From a virus (taxonomy: Duplodnaviria; Caudoviricetes): 57,349 bases of DNA. Positions 45,701 through 54,155 of the stretch are shown one piece after another. Made by a program: the position numbers and the translations under genes. Positions within the stretch are counted from its first letter, which is position 1. Every line of letters begins with the position of its first letter. Where the stretch lies: positions 1 to 57,349 of IMG/VR virus record IMGVR_UViG_3300032213_002371; one strand, given 5' to 3'. The notes under the pieces were generated by a model. It did not search any database and had not been told where the DNA came from. It was given only the letters and a program-made list of their open reading frames with translations.

Positions 45701-45783
45701 GCTTGGAGCTTGCGCGTGATGCGCCGCATCCGAGCATCCACCTCACGGCGACGCTCGCGGTTCAACGACGGGAGAACCTGCAT
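42709..45783 (-). CDS. Large (1024 aa) multi-pass membrane protein, putative virion membrane/entry protein
   Basis: Central cluster of Gly/Ala-rich hydrophobic helices, Pro/Thr-rich linker, C-terminal TM. Confidence 0.75.
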   Translation of the reverse strand: MQVLPSLNRERRREVDARMRRITRKLQACGSCSTPLNGQPHLIDKITEGAADPTQKYAGVVAAVGVATSIPQFAAAQKEKETPVILRRVTTLAALIGFVVTDQPKEKWRETLRGLTSFQMADDVLRLASRLKGDEAYAVQVSLTFAFLKGATGEQIGVQNDAFVLGYQKALASFDRMIESIRGQTIAATAQRLNGLGVISTPLVTSPRPTATVTPSAWWADTNEIGKAFAEGRRAAGSVGTTGPTPRRREMWQKWLQANPNTSRAAFVLAVKNDPNDKTGYFEFGPNGYIVGSRDVVNAPPAAGWNEGLVKVFYYEKHGFYPNAPRTRFWLDAAEGYRRDLAGNRVRVSAPKTIAEFVFDVANNVNDKRGVYFEGGPSECKADQYIRTDAAWIKEDCEINWDAAGDTAARGRKAANVATIFKEVTGFDPTPCDINYYTQYNKCTADDFRKLIPEKEAAGRPVPAKSDIDPRSGLDIVTEWVTNNIGKAFDLVIVQLSKMASAATGLLCSGFEKLFTGPLAPVGGVLCTIVKLTLGGAVSAIAGGVAILKVIFVGLGEFFSNLFAGQLLPEDGYMKDIEAGRPTTKKKGAVMALVEMVNAIVVIALGSTFSTVLGIPIVDAALTADQRAQGLKSLETLGRELPPTFTIMLVSSVLSLIFGGPTPVAISGLILVLTPAISKIVGPVLKTKTVKFKDVPMEQITAGVEAIVKIGAMVVMQAMNITDVFKKFATALERYWNKLTSGDPAARQALVDSFAKEFPRAWNRFMENIKVAKIMEAKDGILQLLSIIPDLLVAIAQHDPDLAEVASTAQTIVETAKSAYQQAQDIWADAMKEFKNPEEAVKAIRRELDKFRQQLDAYCADPKFKNLAECQFPRERQTEKIVTVEKIVYRDRAPEPAKTGAISGETKVTTSYVPVNTQTPPPKIPAVGTTVQTDAGSIKVVNVSPGVVTDTKTGQVVAIIPPPPQTPPPVIIAPPGTPLTPDVFVRPVAKKGGAAPFVLAAGGFAVGGPVGAAIGLVVGLVAAK

Positions 45784-45807
45784 CTTCCACCTCGGAAGGC
45801 GGAAGTG

Positions 45808-47508
45808 CTACTTCCGCGTGGCGATGAAGGCGACAGCGGCGAGGACAGCCACGCCACCGACGATCAGCATGGTGTTCGAGCCACCGGCCGCCGGGGCCTT
45901 GGTGTCCGGCATCGGCATCATCGCCGGGGGCGGGGGCGGGGGCACGGCCGGAAGCGCGGGCGGCAGGACCACAGGCCCACGCGGCACCACCGGCTTCGGC
46001 AGCGACGTTTCACCGCTGGAGACGATGCTGTTGATGATGCCGGTCTTGAACTTGTTCTCCGGCACCGCGGGCGCCTGCGGGATCGCGGGCTTCGCCACCG
46101 CAGGGGGCATCGTCGTCATCACCGGGAACTGCGGCTGCATCGTCGTCATCGGCGGCTTCACGTCACCACCGGAGCCCTCGACCCGGCAGAAGGCGCGCTT
46201 GGCCGTGTTTTCCGGCGTGTCCGGAAACGTCTTCACGAGGAAGTCGATGCCCGACGTCGCGGCCATCGCATCCGAGAACATCTTCGAGCTGGAGGTCTCG
46301 TAGGCCCACGCGCGCCACTCGCCGAGTCGCTTCTCAGTCGCGAAGCACCCGTGGATGCGCTTGTAGCCATCGTTCATCCGAGCGATGAACAGGTCCACCT
46401 CGGCCTGCGTGCGATCAACCTTGCTCTTGTAGGACGGGTCGTAGCTGGGGTGCGCCACCACGGCCGCGAGGTTCTGCGCGGAGGTGAACGCGGCGCCCAT
46501 CGCACGCTTGAGATTCTCGACCGAGATCGGGGCCTTCCACGTCATATTGTAGGCCCACTTGATGTAGGCCTCCTTGATGAACGGGGGAAGGCTGAGTGAG
46601 AAGATGCCGTAGCCGATCTTCGGGGCGCCGATGTTGTTCGCGATGAGCGACCACGGAACGGGCGCGCTCGACAGCTTGCTCGCGATCCCCTTCGCTTCTT
46701 CACGAACAGCCATCGGGACGTAATCCGGCAGCGAGTCGATGAAGGTGCGAATGTTGATGCCCCAGTCGCCCTTGCCGTAGTCCTCGACGGTCTTGACGCC
46801 TTCGGCGACCCACGACACGTTCGGCGCGGCCGCGAGACCCTGAAGCGTCGAGAGAAGACGACGACGGTCCTCGCTGGGGCTGCTGCTGATCTGGCCCCGG
46901 ATGCCACCGCGCGTCACGAGCTTCGGCGCTGCGGCGGGCGAAGCCCCGCGCGTCGGCTGCGGATTGACAATCGGCGTGCCCGCGAGCGTCGCGCCCACGA
47001 CCATCTGCTGCGCGGGGTAGCTGTAGCTCGCCGCCATGAAGCCCTGCTTCGGCATGCGCTTCGGGCCGAAGGCGAAACCAGCCGCGTTGCGGATCGCGTC
47101 GGTGTAGTCGTTGGAGACCTGCACGCCGTCAGCGCGGAGAGCGCCGAGCATCTTGGCGCCACGGACCTGCGCCGAGACGCTGGTGTCCATGTTGACCGCC
47201 GCGAGGCTTCCCGGCCGGTTCATCGGGTCCACCATCACGGGAGCGCCATTGATGTTGGTCGCCTGAATCGGAGCGCCGTTCATGCCACCGCCCTGAAGGA
47301 TCGCCGTCACCGGCACCTTCTGGAACGTGCCGCGGTTCACGACGCGGGGCGGCATCCGGGGAGACGCGCGCACGGGCTGGCGGTTCGCAAGCTGCTGCGC
47401 CGACGCGCCGGGGGGCGGCAGATTCGCCTGCGACGGCGAGGGCGGCGAGGCGCGGACGTCCTGCGCGAGGTCGATCGGGGCGTCACCGAAAGGGCGGTAC
47501 TTGGCCAT
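45808..47508 (-). CDS. 566-aa protein with a Pro-rich stalk and C-terminal TM anchor
   Basis: PPPPP linker then MLIVGGVAVLAAVAFIATRK. Confidence 0.75.
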   Translation of the reverse strand: MAKYRPFGDAPIDLAQDVRASPPSPSQANLPPPGASAQQLANRQPVRASPRMPPRVVNRGTFQKVPVTAILQGGGMNGAPIQATNINGAPVMVDPMNRPGSLAAVNMDTSVSAQVRGAKMLGALRADGVQVSNDYTDAIRNAAGFAFGPKRMPKQGFMAASYSYPAQQMVVGATLAGTPIVNPQPTRGASPAAAPKLVTRGGIRGQISSSPSEDRRRLLSTLQGLAAAPNVSWVAEGVKTVEDYGKGDWGINIRTFIDSLPDYVPMAVREEAKGIASKLSSAPVPWSLIANNIGAPKIGYGIFSLSLPPFIKEAYIKWAYNMTWKAPISVENLKRAMGAAFTSAQNLAAVVAHPSYDPSYKSKVDRTQAEVDLFIARMNDGYKRIHGCFATEKRLGEWRAWAYETSSSKMFSDAMAATSGIDFLVKTFPDTPENTAKRAFCRVEGSGGDVKPPMTTMQPQFPVMTTMPPAVAKPAIPQAPAVPENKFKTGIINSIVSSGETSLPKPVVPRGPVVLPPALPAVPPPPPPAMMPMPDTKAPAAGGSNTMLIVGGVAVLAAVAFIATRK

Positions 47509-47511
47509 TTG

Positions 47512-49308
47512 CTACTCCAGATTCTCGATCAGAGTGGGGGCGCCACTGAGGTTCTGCTTCTTCGCGTCGAGAGCATACGCGATTGCGCCGACCGCGACCA
47601 ACCCGAGCAGGATCGAAGTCACAGGCATCCCACCGTCGGGGGAAGCGCCGAGGCCCTGAATCGATTCGGGCGGCTTGAAGCCGGGGCCCGTCTGCGGCAT
47701 CACGGCCGCCTTCGTCAGGGCCTTCTCCTCGGCCTTGACGACCTGCTTCTCGGCTTCGACGGCCGCGCGCTCGCTGCTCTGGGCACGGTCCTTCGCGCGC
47801 GATGCTTCCTTCTGCATCTCGGCGATGGCTCGCTCCAGCTTGGCCTTTTCCTCGTCAACCTCGGCGACGCGCGCCACGGCTTCGGCGGCCTTCTTGTCGG
47901 CGAGAGACTTGGCCTCGGCTGCGGTGCGAAGACGCGCCTCCGCGTCGGACTTGGCGTCCTCGCTGGCGGTCTGGCTCGTGAGCGTCTCGGCGGCCTTCGC
48001 CTTCGCCTCGGAGAGCACCTGCGCGGCCTTCTTCGCCGTCTCGCGGGCCATCGAGGCGCCGATCGACAGCGACTTCAGCACGGCAGTGATCTTCACGAGC
48101 GCGGCTTGCATCGCCTCGACCGTGACTTCCTTCGTGATCGCGCTCTGCTTTGCGAGGTCAGCTTGCGTGCCGATGATCTCGGCCTTCTTCGCGGCCTCGA
48201 AGCCTTCCTTCGTCACGGGCGGCGGGGGCGGCGACGCGAAGCGGCCCGGCTGCGGGATGCCAGAGCCCGTCGTCGCGTTGACGTCCTGCACGCCGCCCTT
48301 CTTGCGCTGCTGATCGCGCTGGTCGATCAGGTCGAGCCAGCGGAGCATGATCTTCTGGAGCTTCGCGCGGTAGTCGGGATCGGAGATGCCGACGAGCGGC
48401 ACGCCCGCGACGGCGCTCGCAACCACTCGACGAAGATCCGCGATTGCCGCGCCGCGGCGACGCATCGCGGCCCACGAGGCGATCCGCGACGGGATCGGCT
48501 TCGACGTCATCTTGTAGACGACGTTCGCCAGTTCGCGCTCGTCATCCTCGAACGTCGGGCCGATGATGTTGCCGCCACCGGGGATCGGCGGATTCGACGG
48601 AATCGAAGGCGCGGGGGGAGCGAACAGGATGAAGACCGTCTTCTGAAGAATCGAAGCGACCTGCGAGGCCGCGGCGCGATCGGGCACGAGCGCCGTGACC
48701 TTGGGAATCGATTCGGTGAGGACCTTCTGCGAGGCTTCTTCCTCAACGAGCTTCATCCACTCGATCAGCGCGGGCCACGGATCGAGCCCGGCCGTCCGCT
48801 TGATCTCCGCGAGGAGCCCCTCCTTCGTGAGCCCGCTTTTCTTGTTGGGCTTCGCGAGAGGTGGCACCGGAATCGCGATGCCTGCGTCGGCCGCGAGGAC
48901 CTTCTGGATCACCTGATCCTTGGTCGTCGGAACCTGACGCGCGAGAAGCGGCACGGCCGCGTTCTCGTTGGGCTGACGCGGCGGCTGCGTGACTTCAGGC
49001 GTCGACTTGGGCGGCGTGTAGCTCTGAACGAGCACCACGGGCGCCTTGCCGTAAACGTCGGCCTGACCCACCGGCTTCGCTTCTTGCGCGGCCTTCTGCG
49101 CGGCGGCCCGACGCATCGCCGCGACCTGCTCGGAGATCGAGAGCGCGGGGATCTTTGCGACGGAGCCCTTCTGCGACTGCGGCACGGCGACAGGCGTCGC
49201 GCCGGACTTCGCCTTGCTACTCGCCTGAATCGAGAACGCCTGAGTGGTCGAAGCACCGACGCTGATCGCGCCGAGCTGGCCACGCCGACGAGGAGGCAGA
49301 ATGTCCAT
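47512..49308 (-). CDS. 598-aa protein with a long Ala/Lys/Glu coiled coil and C-terminal TM anchor
   Basis: TolA-like AKAKAAE helix; ILLGLVAVGAIAYAL TM. Confidence 0.75.
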   Translation of the reverse strand: MDILPPRRRGQLGAISVGASTTQAFSIQASSKAKSGATPVAVPQSQKGSVAKIPALSISEQVAAMRRAAAQKAAQEAKPVGQADVYGKAPVVLVQSYTPPKSTPEVTQPPRQPNENAAVPLLARQVPTTKDQVIQKVLAADAGIAIPVPPLAKPNKKSGLTKEGLLAEIKRTAGLDPWPALIEWMKLVEEEASQKVLTESIPKVTALVPDRAAASQVASILQKTVFILFAPPAPSIPSNPPIPGGGNIIGPTFEDDERELANVVYKMTSKPIPSRIASWAAMRRRGAAIADLRRVVASAVAGVPLVGISDPDYRAKLQKIMLRWLDLIDQRDQQRKKGGVQDVNATTGSGIPQPGRFASPPPPPVTKEGFEAAKKAEIIGTQADLAKQSAITKEVTVEAMQAALVKITAVLKSLSIGASMARETAKKAAQVLSEAKAKAAETLTSQTASEDAKSDAEARLRTAAEAKSLADKKAAEAVARVAEVDEEKAKLERAIAEMQKEASRAKDRAQSSERAAVEAEKQVVKAEEKALTKAAVMPQTGPGFKPPESIQGLGASPDGGMPVTSILLGLVAVGAIAYALDAKKQNLSGAPTLIENLE

Positions 49309-49320
49309 CGAGACTCTCCG

Positions 49321-49953
49321 TTACCCCGCCCGCATGCGGACGAGGGCGCCGATGCAAGCGAGACCGTACTCGGTGGCGCCGGTAGACGCGGCGGCGTTCG
49401 TGAGCGTCACTCGCATCTGGAGCCGCTCGTTGCCCGGCACGATCAGGGGCATGATGTAGCCCTGATCGATGAGCTTGATGCTCGATCCACCGGCCAGCGG
49501 CATGATGCTCGCGAGGCAAAGATCGCTGAGAAGCGGCCCGCCGACGCTGCTGTTCTGGATGTTGTTCTCGACGAAGCGCAGGTCGTTGCGATCCGCGTTG
49601 AACAGCGAGACCTTCGCGTTCATCGCCTTCGCGATCATGCGCCCGCTGACGCTCGTGTCGGCCATGAAGCCGTTGAGGTCGCCGCCGGTCTCTTCGGTGC
49701 TCACGCCGTTGAGCGCGAGGTGCGCGCGGATCTCGCCGATGACGAAGTTGTAGTCACCGCCGACGCGATAGATGTCGCTCGCCGGGTTCGGCAGCACGGT
49801 GGCCGCCTTGTTCACGATTATCGTGCCCTGCAACGTCACGCGCAGATGCAGGATCGACGGGATGATGTCCGCGTAGCCGAGTTGCAGGGCCTCGGTGAGT
49901 TCGGAGCGGATCTTCTGCTGGAAGTTCGCAGGAGCGGGAGTGAGGATCGCCAT
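49321..49953 (-). CDS. Putative single jelly-roll capsid protein 3
   Basis: Beta-rich 210 aa; PLIVPGNERLQMRVTL..EYGLACIGALV; similar to 49965..50516 (LTP.P.NF...RS, L.VTL, EYGL..IGA). Confidence 0.55.
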   Translation of the reverse strand: MAILTPAPANFQQKIRSELTEALQLGYADIIPSILHLRVTLQGTIIVNKAATVLPNPASDIYRVGGDYNFVIGEIRAHLALNGVSTEETGGDLNGFMADTSVSGRMIAKAMNAKVSLFNADRNDLRFVENNIQNSSVGGPLLSDLCLASIMPLAGGSSIKLIDQGYIMPLIVPGNERLQMRVTLTNAAASTGATEYGLACIGALVRMRAG

Positions 49954-49964
49954 GGACTTGTCTC

Positions 49965-50516
49965 CTAGACCTGAACGTAAGCGCCGATGATGACGAGGCC
50001 GTACTCACACGAGACGGCCGCGGCAGCGCTGGTGTCAACGAGCGAAGCGTTGAGGTCGATGTTGGTGCCCTGCGGCAGGATGCCGGGCATGTCCATCAGC
50101 GACGGGTCGGTGCCGTCCGTCGAGAGCAGATCGCTCAGGGCGAAGGCGCTGTTCACGAACAGATCGAAGGTGCGGCTCGCCATGCCGAGGTTCACGCGGC
50201 AGTTGGTCGCGCGAGCGATGATCGTGTCGAGGTTGCGACCACCGTTGAGGAAGCCCGCGCCGAAAGCGCTGGGCGCGTTGAGCGCGGCGTTCAGGGCCGT
50301 CGGGACGATGTGCGGCGTGAGCCGCGTGACGATGAGGCGCTGGTTCGACGGAATCGTGAACGACGCAGTGCCCTGAGCGCGCGTGTTCGAGAGCGTCACC
50401 TGAAGCGGAATCGCGACAGGACGGAACTCGTAGGGCGTCAAAGTGCGGCCTTCGACGATGCGCGAGCGAAGCGACTCGATGAAGTTCTGCGGAGCGGGCG
50501 GGGTCAGCGAGGGCAT
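49965..50516 (-). CDS. Putative single jelly-roll capsid protein 2
   Basis: Beta-rich 183 aa; FTIPSNQRLIV, PGILPQGTNIDLNASL..EYGLVIIGAYV. Confidence 0.55.
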   Translation of the reverse strand: MPSLTPPAPQNFIESLRSRIVEGRTLTPYEFRPVAIPLQVTLSNTRAQGTASFTIPSNQRLIVTRLTPHIVPTALNAALNAPSAFGAGFLNGGRNLDTIIARATNCRVNLGMASRTFDLFVNSAFALSDLLSTDGTDPSLMDMPGILPQGTNIDLNASLVDTSAAAAVSCEYGLVIIGAYVQV

Positions 50517-50533
50517 GGTCTCTCCTGAAAGGC

Positions 50534-50571
50534 GAAGGGCGACCGCCGCATCTTAGCGACGATCGCCCTTC
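50534..50571 (-). terminator. Hairpin (probably a leaky terminator) after the putative major capsid gene
   Basis: Minus strand GAAGGGCGATCG...CGGTCGCCCTTC followed by GCCTTTC. Confidence 0.55.
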
Positions 50572-50614
50572 TTGACCAACACGAATCGATTCGGGTGCTA
50601 GACCCGAGGGTCGA

Positions 50615-51280
50615 TTACGCGGTGGCGGGCTTCTTGATGAGGCCGTCGAGGAACACGGTGCAGAACACCGAGGTCGCGAAGGTCGGCATCACGCCGCCCG
50701 AGGGGTTCGCGCCCGTGATCCAGTTGTTGTTGTAGAGCACGATGTACGAGTCGGTACCGATCGAGTCGTTGGGGCCGATGGGCTGCGCCACGAGGAGCTG
50801 GGGAGCAGCAGCGGCCGACGGCACGCCGATCGTCACGACGCCCGTGTTGTTGCGGGTCGTGGAGCCGGTGACGCCGAAACCTGACTGCGCGGTGTAGAGG
50901 GGCTGGTCGAAGATGATGCGCGTCTGGTTGACGGACACGCGCATGTAAGCCGCGTGCACGAACTTGATGATGTCGCTGTCCGAGATCACCGTGTTGCCGA
51001 ACGCCTGAAGGGCGTGCGCGCCAACGCGGTTGGTGATGAGCTCGTTGAGCGCCGGGAGGCGGCCAGCGTTGTTGTCGAGGTTGGTGAACTGGCGGTTCTT
51101 GCTCTGGAGGTTCTGGAACAAGAACTGCTGGGCGCCGGGGCTCTGGGCGACAGCGCCGTCCGAGGCAAACTGGACGGTGTCGTAAAAGCTGCCCGCTCGC
51201 CATTCGAGCAGACGGATCTTGGTGCCGAGGCCCTCGATCTCGTAAACGCCGGTCTCGTCGGTCGCGCGAAGAACTGCCAT
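50615..51280 (-). CDS. Putative single jelly-roll major capsid protein
   Basis: Beta-rich 221 aa; FYDTV..LFQN..K..TNL..GRLP..., QPIGPND, CTVFLDGL; strong RBS and downstream hairpin suggest high expression. Confidence 0.6.
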   Translation of the reverse strand: MAVLRATDETGVYEIEGLGTKIRLLEWRAGSFYDTVQFASDGAVAQSPGAQQFLFQNLQSKNRQFTNLDNNAGRLPALNELITNRVGAHALQAFGNTVISDSDIIKFVHAAYMRVSVNQTRIIFDQPLYTAQSGFGVTGSTTRNNTGVVTIGVPSAAAAPQLLVAQPIGPNDSIGTDSYIVLYNNNWITGANPSGGVMPTFATSVFCTVFLDGLIKKPATA

Positions 51281-51370
51281 GGTGCTTTCCTCTTTCTGGC
51301 CCGCTCTGGGCCTTGGTTGTCGCCCGAAGGCGGGTGTTGTTCTACTCCGAATCGATTCGGAGTGGTGAGA

Positions 51371-51889
51371 TTACATCAGGCTCGCGGAGAGGGGCGAGGA
51401 GCCGCCGACGATCGTGCTGCCGAGGCCCTGAAGCGTCTGGACCTGCACCGGCATGCCCATGAGGCTCTCGACCTGCACCTGCGTGGGCGAGCCGTTCATG
51501 TACGCATCGACGCCAGCGCCGTAGCTGTAGCCGAGGCCCATGATGGGCGAGTCATAGGTGTAGCCGAGGCCGTTGAAGGGCAGGTAGTCAGCCGCGCTGG
51601 GCACGCCCACGACCGGAGCCGGGAGAGCGGCCTTCACGAGGCCCGCGACGCCGAACGCCACCATGCCCGCGGCGATGCCGGGGGCGGCGACGGGGTAGCG
51701 GCCCTTGCCGTAGCTGTGCACGGCGATGCCGACGGCCACCGGGATCAGCGGCTTCAGCCACTTCGCGGCGGGCAGGCTCTCAAGCGCCTTGAGGCCAACG
51801 ACCTGCTTGGCCACGGCCGCGCCAACGAGCACGGAGGCGCCGAGGGTAGCGGCCTCCATCGAGTCTTCCTTCAGTCCGTAGAGATCCAT
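51371..51889 (-). CDS. Membrane protein (about three TM) whose C-terminal tail carries five tandem hydrophobic-x-G motifs
   Basis: FNGLG, IMGLG, MNGSP, LMGMP, LQGLG; AAGGAG RBS. Confidence 0.75.
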   Translation of the reverse strand: MDLYGLKEDSMEAATLGASVLVGAAVAKQVVGLKALESLPAAKWLKPLIPVAVGIAVHSYGKGRYPVAAPGIAAGMVAFGVAGLVKAALPAPVVGVPSAADYLPFNGLGYTYDSPIMGLGYSYGAGVDAYMNGSPTQVQVESLMGMPVQVQTLQGLGSTIVGGSSPLSASLM

Positions 51890-51969
51890 CTTACACTCCT
51901 TCTTTCTGGTTTGGACTTCCGAGGGTGCATCCCGCCATGGGTGCTTCGGAAAGTCAACGTGGACAGGGG

Positions 51970-52104
51970 TTACTTGTGCTTCTTGAACTCAGCCTTCATG
52001 CACTTGCCGACGGCCTTCGCTCGGGCCTTGCCACCGACCGAAATCTTCGCTTGGCAAGCCTTGGCGATCTTCTTGAACTTGGCGCGGTGCGATGCCTTCG
52101 ACAT
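51970..52104 (-). CDS. Small basic protein (44 aa, two Cys)
   Basis: Manual translation MSKASHRAKFKKIAKACQAKISVGGKARAKAVGKCMKAEFKKHK; GGAG RBS. Confidence 0.7.
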   Translation of the reverse strand: MSKASHRAKFKKIAKACQAKISVGGKARAKAVGKCMKAEFKKHK

Positions 52105-52130
52105 GATCGACTCCGAATCGATTCGTGGGA

Positions 52131-52520
52131 TTACTGCGTGATCGACTGGGAGATCGAGACGCGAAGCGAGCCGGTCGCAACCGCCGTGGTGGCAGTCGCG
52201 GACGGGCCACCGACGGCTTCGCGGACGAAGCGGAACAACGTGGCGCTCTGCCCCGAAGTCATGATGCCGAGCGCCGCGACCGTCGCGTCGACGTCACCCT
52301 GCGAAGCGAAGTTCGTGGTGAGGAACGCGTAGAGGCGCGAGGACGTGGACACGCCCTTGAGAAGCTCCGTGTTCGTGATGGTGTCGCCAGCGCCCGGAGC
52401 GCCGCCCGCGTAGGTGTACGCGGCGCTGTTGACGCCGTTCGAGCTCGCGCCGGAAGCGACGCCAGCGAGGCCCGCATAGGCGGCGGGCAGAGCGGCGGCG
52501 GTAAGGGTAAGAACGGCCAT
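52131..52520 (-). CDS. Small Ala/Thr-rich structural protein
   Basis: AAGGAG RBS; composition and position beside the capsid genes. Confidence 0.6.
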   Translation of the reverse strand: MAVLTLTAAALPAAYAGLAGVASGASSNGVNSAAYTYAGGAPGAGDTITNTELLKGVSTSSRLYAFLTTNFASQGDVDATVAALGIMTSGQSATLFRFVREAVGGPSATATTAVATGSLRVSISQSITQ

Positions 52521-52613
52521 GGTTGACTCCTTGCTACTCGGGGCTCATGCCCACAAGGTCACGCCTCGTGTGTGCGTGACGTTGTGCATCGTGCGCGAAG
52601 GCCCGGACCAAAG

Positions 52614-53093
52614 TCAACGTGGGCACTTCAGCTTGTTCAGCTTGGCGAACTTGCCGAAGTGCTTCTTCGCACCCTTGTTGTAGGCGCACGCCGCGTCGCC
52701 AGCCTTCACGAAGCTGCCGAGGAAGATCGTCTTGCCGTCCTTGTGCACGAAGGCGCGGTAACGATTTCCGCGCTTCGAGACGCCCTTGAAGCCGGTCCCA
52801 TTCGTAGACAACGGACCCGTGTTGATCGTGTTCTCGCCTTTACTGGCGAGACGCAGATTCGCACGGCGGTTGTCGAGGTGATCGCCGTTCTTGTGATCGA
52901 CGATCGTGCCCGACTTCGCGCTCATCACGAAGCGATGCAGGTACAACTTGTAGGAGTTCTTCCCGCTGCCGATGGTCGTCGCCGGATAGCCCTGATGCAG
53001 GTGCCACGAGCGACGCACGGCCTTCGCCAGCACGTCGGAGTCAACCTTGACGCACTTGCGCGCACCCTTGACGGGAAGGCACTTCTTCGCCAT
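52614..53093 (-). CDS. HNH endonuclease with an AP2 DNA-binding domain
   Basis: LHRFVM..VDHKNGDHLDNRRANLR; GFKGVS...YRA...FLGSF...AA.AYN. Confidence 0.88.
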   Translation of the reverse strand: MAKKCLPVKGARKCVKVDSDVLAKAVRRSWHLHQGYPATTIGSGKNSYKLYLHRFVMSAKSGTIVDHKNGDHLDNRRANLRLASKGENTINTGPLSTNGTGFKGVSKRGNRYRAFVHKDGKTIFLGSFVKAGDAACAYNKGAKKHFGKFAKLNKLKCPR

Positions 53094-53096
53094 CTG

Positions 53097-53312
53097 CTAC
53101 TTCCGGCGCTTGCGCGACTTGAGACCGTTGAACCGAAGCTCCTCGGTCACGTCGGACATGCAGCGGCGCTTGATGGCGCGCAGCTTCCGCACGATCGCAG
53201 CCTTGCTGCTCGTGGCCTTGCCCGAGATCTCGGCCTGCTCGTAGCGCATCATCGCGCGATCCAGCCGCGCCGAAATACCCTTGCACTCGTTCTTTGCCCG
53301 ACCCTTGGCCAT
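53097..53312 (-). CDS. Small basic protein (71 aa, two Cys)
   Basis: MAKGRAKNECK...KRRCM...FNGLKSRKRRK. Confidence 0.6.
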   Translation of the reverse strand: MAKGRAKNECKGISARLDRAMMRYEQAEISGKATSSKAAIVRKLRAIKRRCMSDVTEELRFNGLKSRKRRK

Positions 53313-53365
53313 CGCAGTCACCTTGTCGGCGTCAGCGCCGAATCGATTCGAGATCGTACACCGGG

Positions 53366-53770
53366 TCAGCGGGCTCGACGAGCCTTGCGCCCCGCGCGCT
53401 TGGCGGCGGGTGCGTTGGCGACGAACTGCGTCGTGGCTCGGCGCTTCACGCGCTGCGTCTCCTGACGCTCGGCCTTCGTGAGCGACTTCCAAGCAGCGGC
53501 CGGGAGATACCTGTCGCAGCGAACGCCCTCGGCCGTCTTGCGACACGCCTTCTTGCCCGACTCGGTGCGCCAGTCTTCCTTCGTCCACTTCGTCAAGCCG
53601 CGCTGCGCCGTGGTCTTCGTGCCGCAGTATCCGCCACCCGCATCACGGTACATCTTGCCCGCGAGCTGCATGGCGCGGGCGCTGAACCGTCCGCCCAGCT
53701 TCTTGATGGCCTTCTTCTTGGACTCTTCCCAGAGCTTCGGGTTCGTCCGACCCTTTACGCACGCAGCCAT
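53366..53770 (-). CDS. Basic protein, DUF5872-like
   Basis: FSARAMQLA...Y...GGGY, Q..L.KWTKE.W.T.SG, RYLP..AW..L. Confidence 0.7.
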   Translation of the reverse strand: MAACVKGRTNPKLWEESKKKAIKKLGGRFSARAMQLAGKMYRDAGGGYCGTKTTAQRGLTKWTKEDWRTESGKKACRKTAEGVRCDRYLPAAAWKSLTKAERQETQRVKRRATTQFVANAPAAKRAGRKARRAR

Positions 53771-53773
53771 CGG

Positions 53774-54121
53774 CTACCTCATGCAACGGACTGCGAAGGC
53801 GTCACGGCTTTTCATGCGTCTAGCGTTCAGCCTGTCGTAGCTCGCCTTGAACGAACCATCGACGTACTCCAAGTTCCGCTCGACCTTGCCCGCCGAGACC
53901 GCAGCCTTTCCCGCGCTTGCAAGGGCCTCCTTGCAGCGGCCCGCGCTAACGTGACCCTCCGTCTCCGACACCAGACTGGACATCACGCTCATGTCATCGC
54001 TCGCCTCTTGCCGATGCACGTCGGGCAGAGCCCCGAGACCCGCGAGAGCGCCGCCGTCGCGCCGGAGGACGATGTAAGCGCCGACACCGAGCAGGATGTA
54101 GCCGAAAACCTTGTTGCCCAT
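53774..54121 (-). CDS. Membrane-anchored member of the small two-Cys helical family
   Basis: N-terminal TM, LAGLGALP..HR, GRCKEALASAGKAAVSAG, C-terminal RC. Confidence 0.7.
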   Translation of the reverse strand: MGNKVFGYILLGVGAYIVLRRDGGALAGLGALPDVHRQEASDDMSVMSSLVSETEGHVSAGRCKEALASAGKAAVSAGKVERNLEYVDGSFKASYDRLNARRMKSRDAFAVRCMR

Positions 54122-54155
54122 GATGAACCTCCGAGGTGTGTGCAGCCTACCGGAG

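Noticed and set aside
42709-45783. Tail tape-measure protein
   Set aside because: No tail tube, chaperone or baseplate genes nearby, and it has a C-terminal TM anchor like its neighbours; cannot be fully excluded without searches
47512-49308. Cellular TolA
   Set aside because: Similarity is only compositional; the TM is C-terminal and there is no tolQR
52614-53093. HNH-AP2 as part of a self-splicing intron
   Set aside because: It is free-standing between intact ORFs with no room for intron structure
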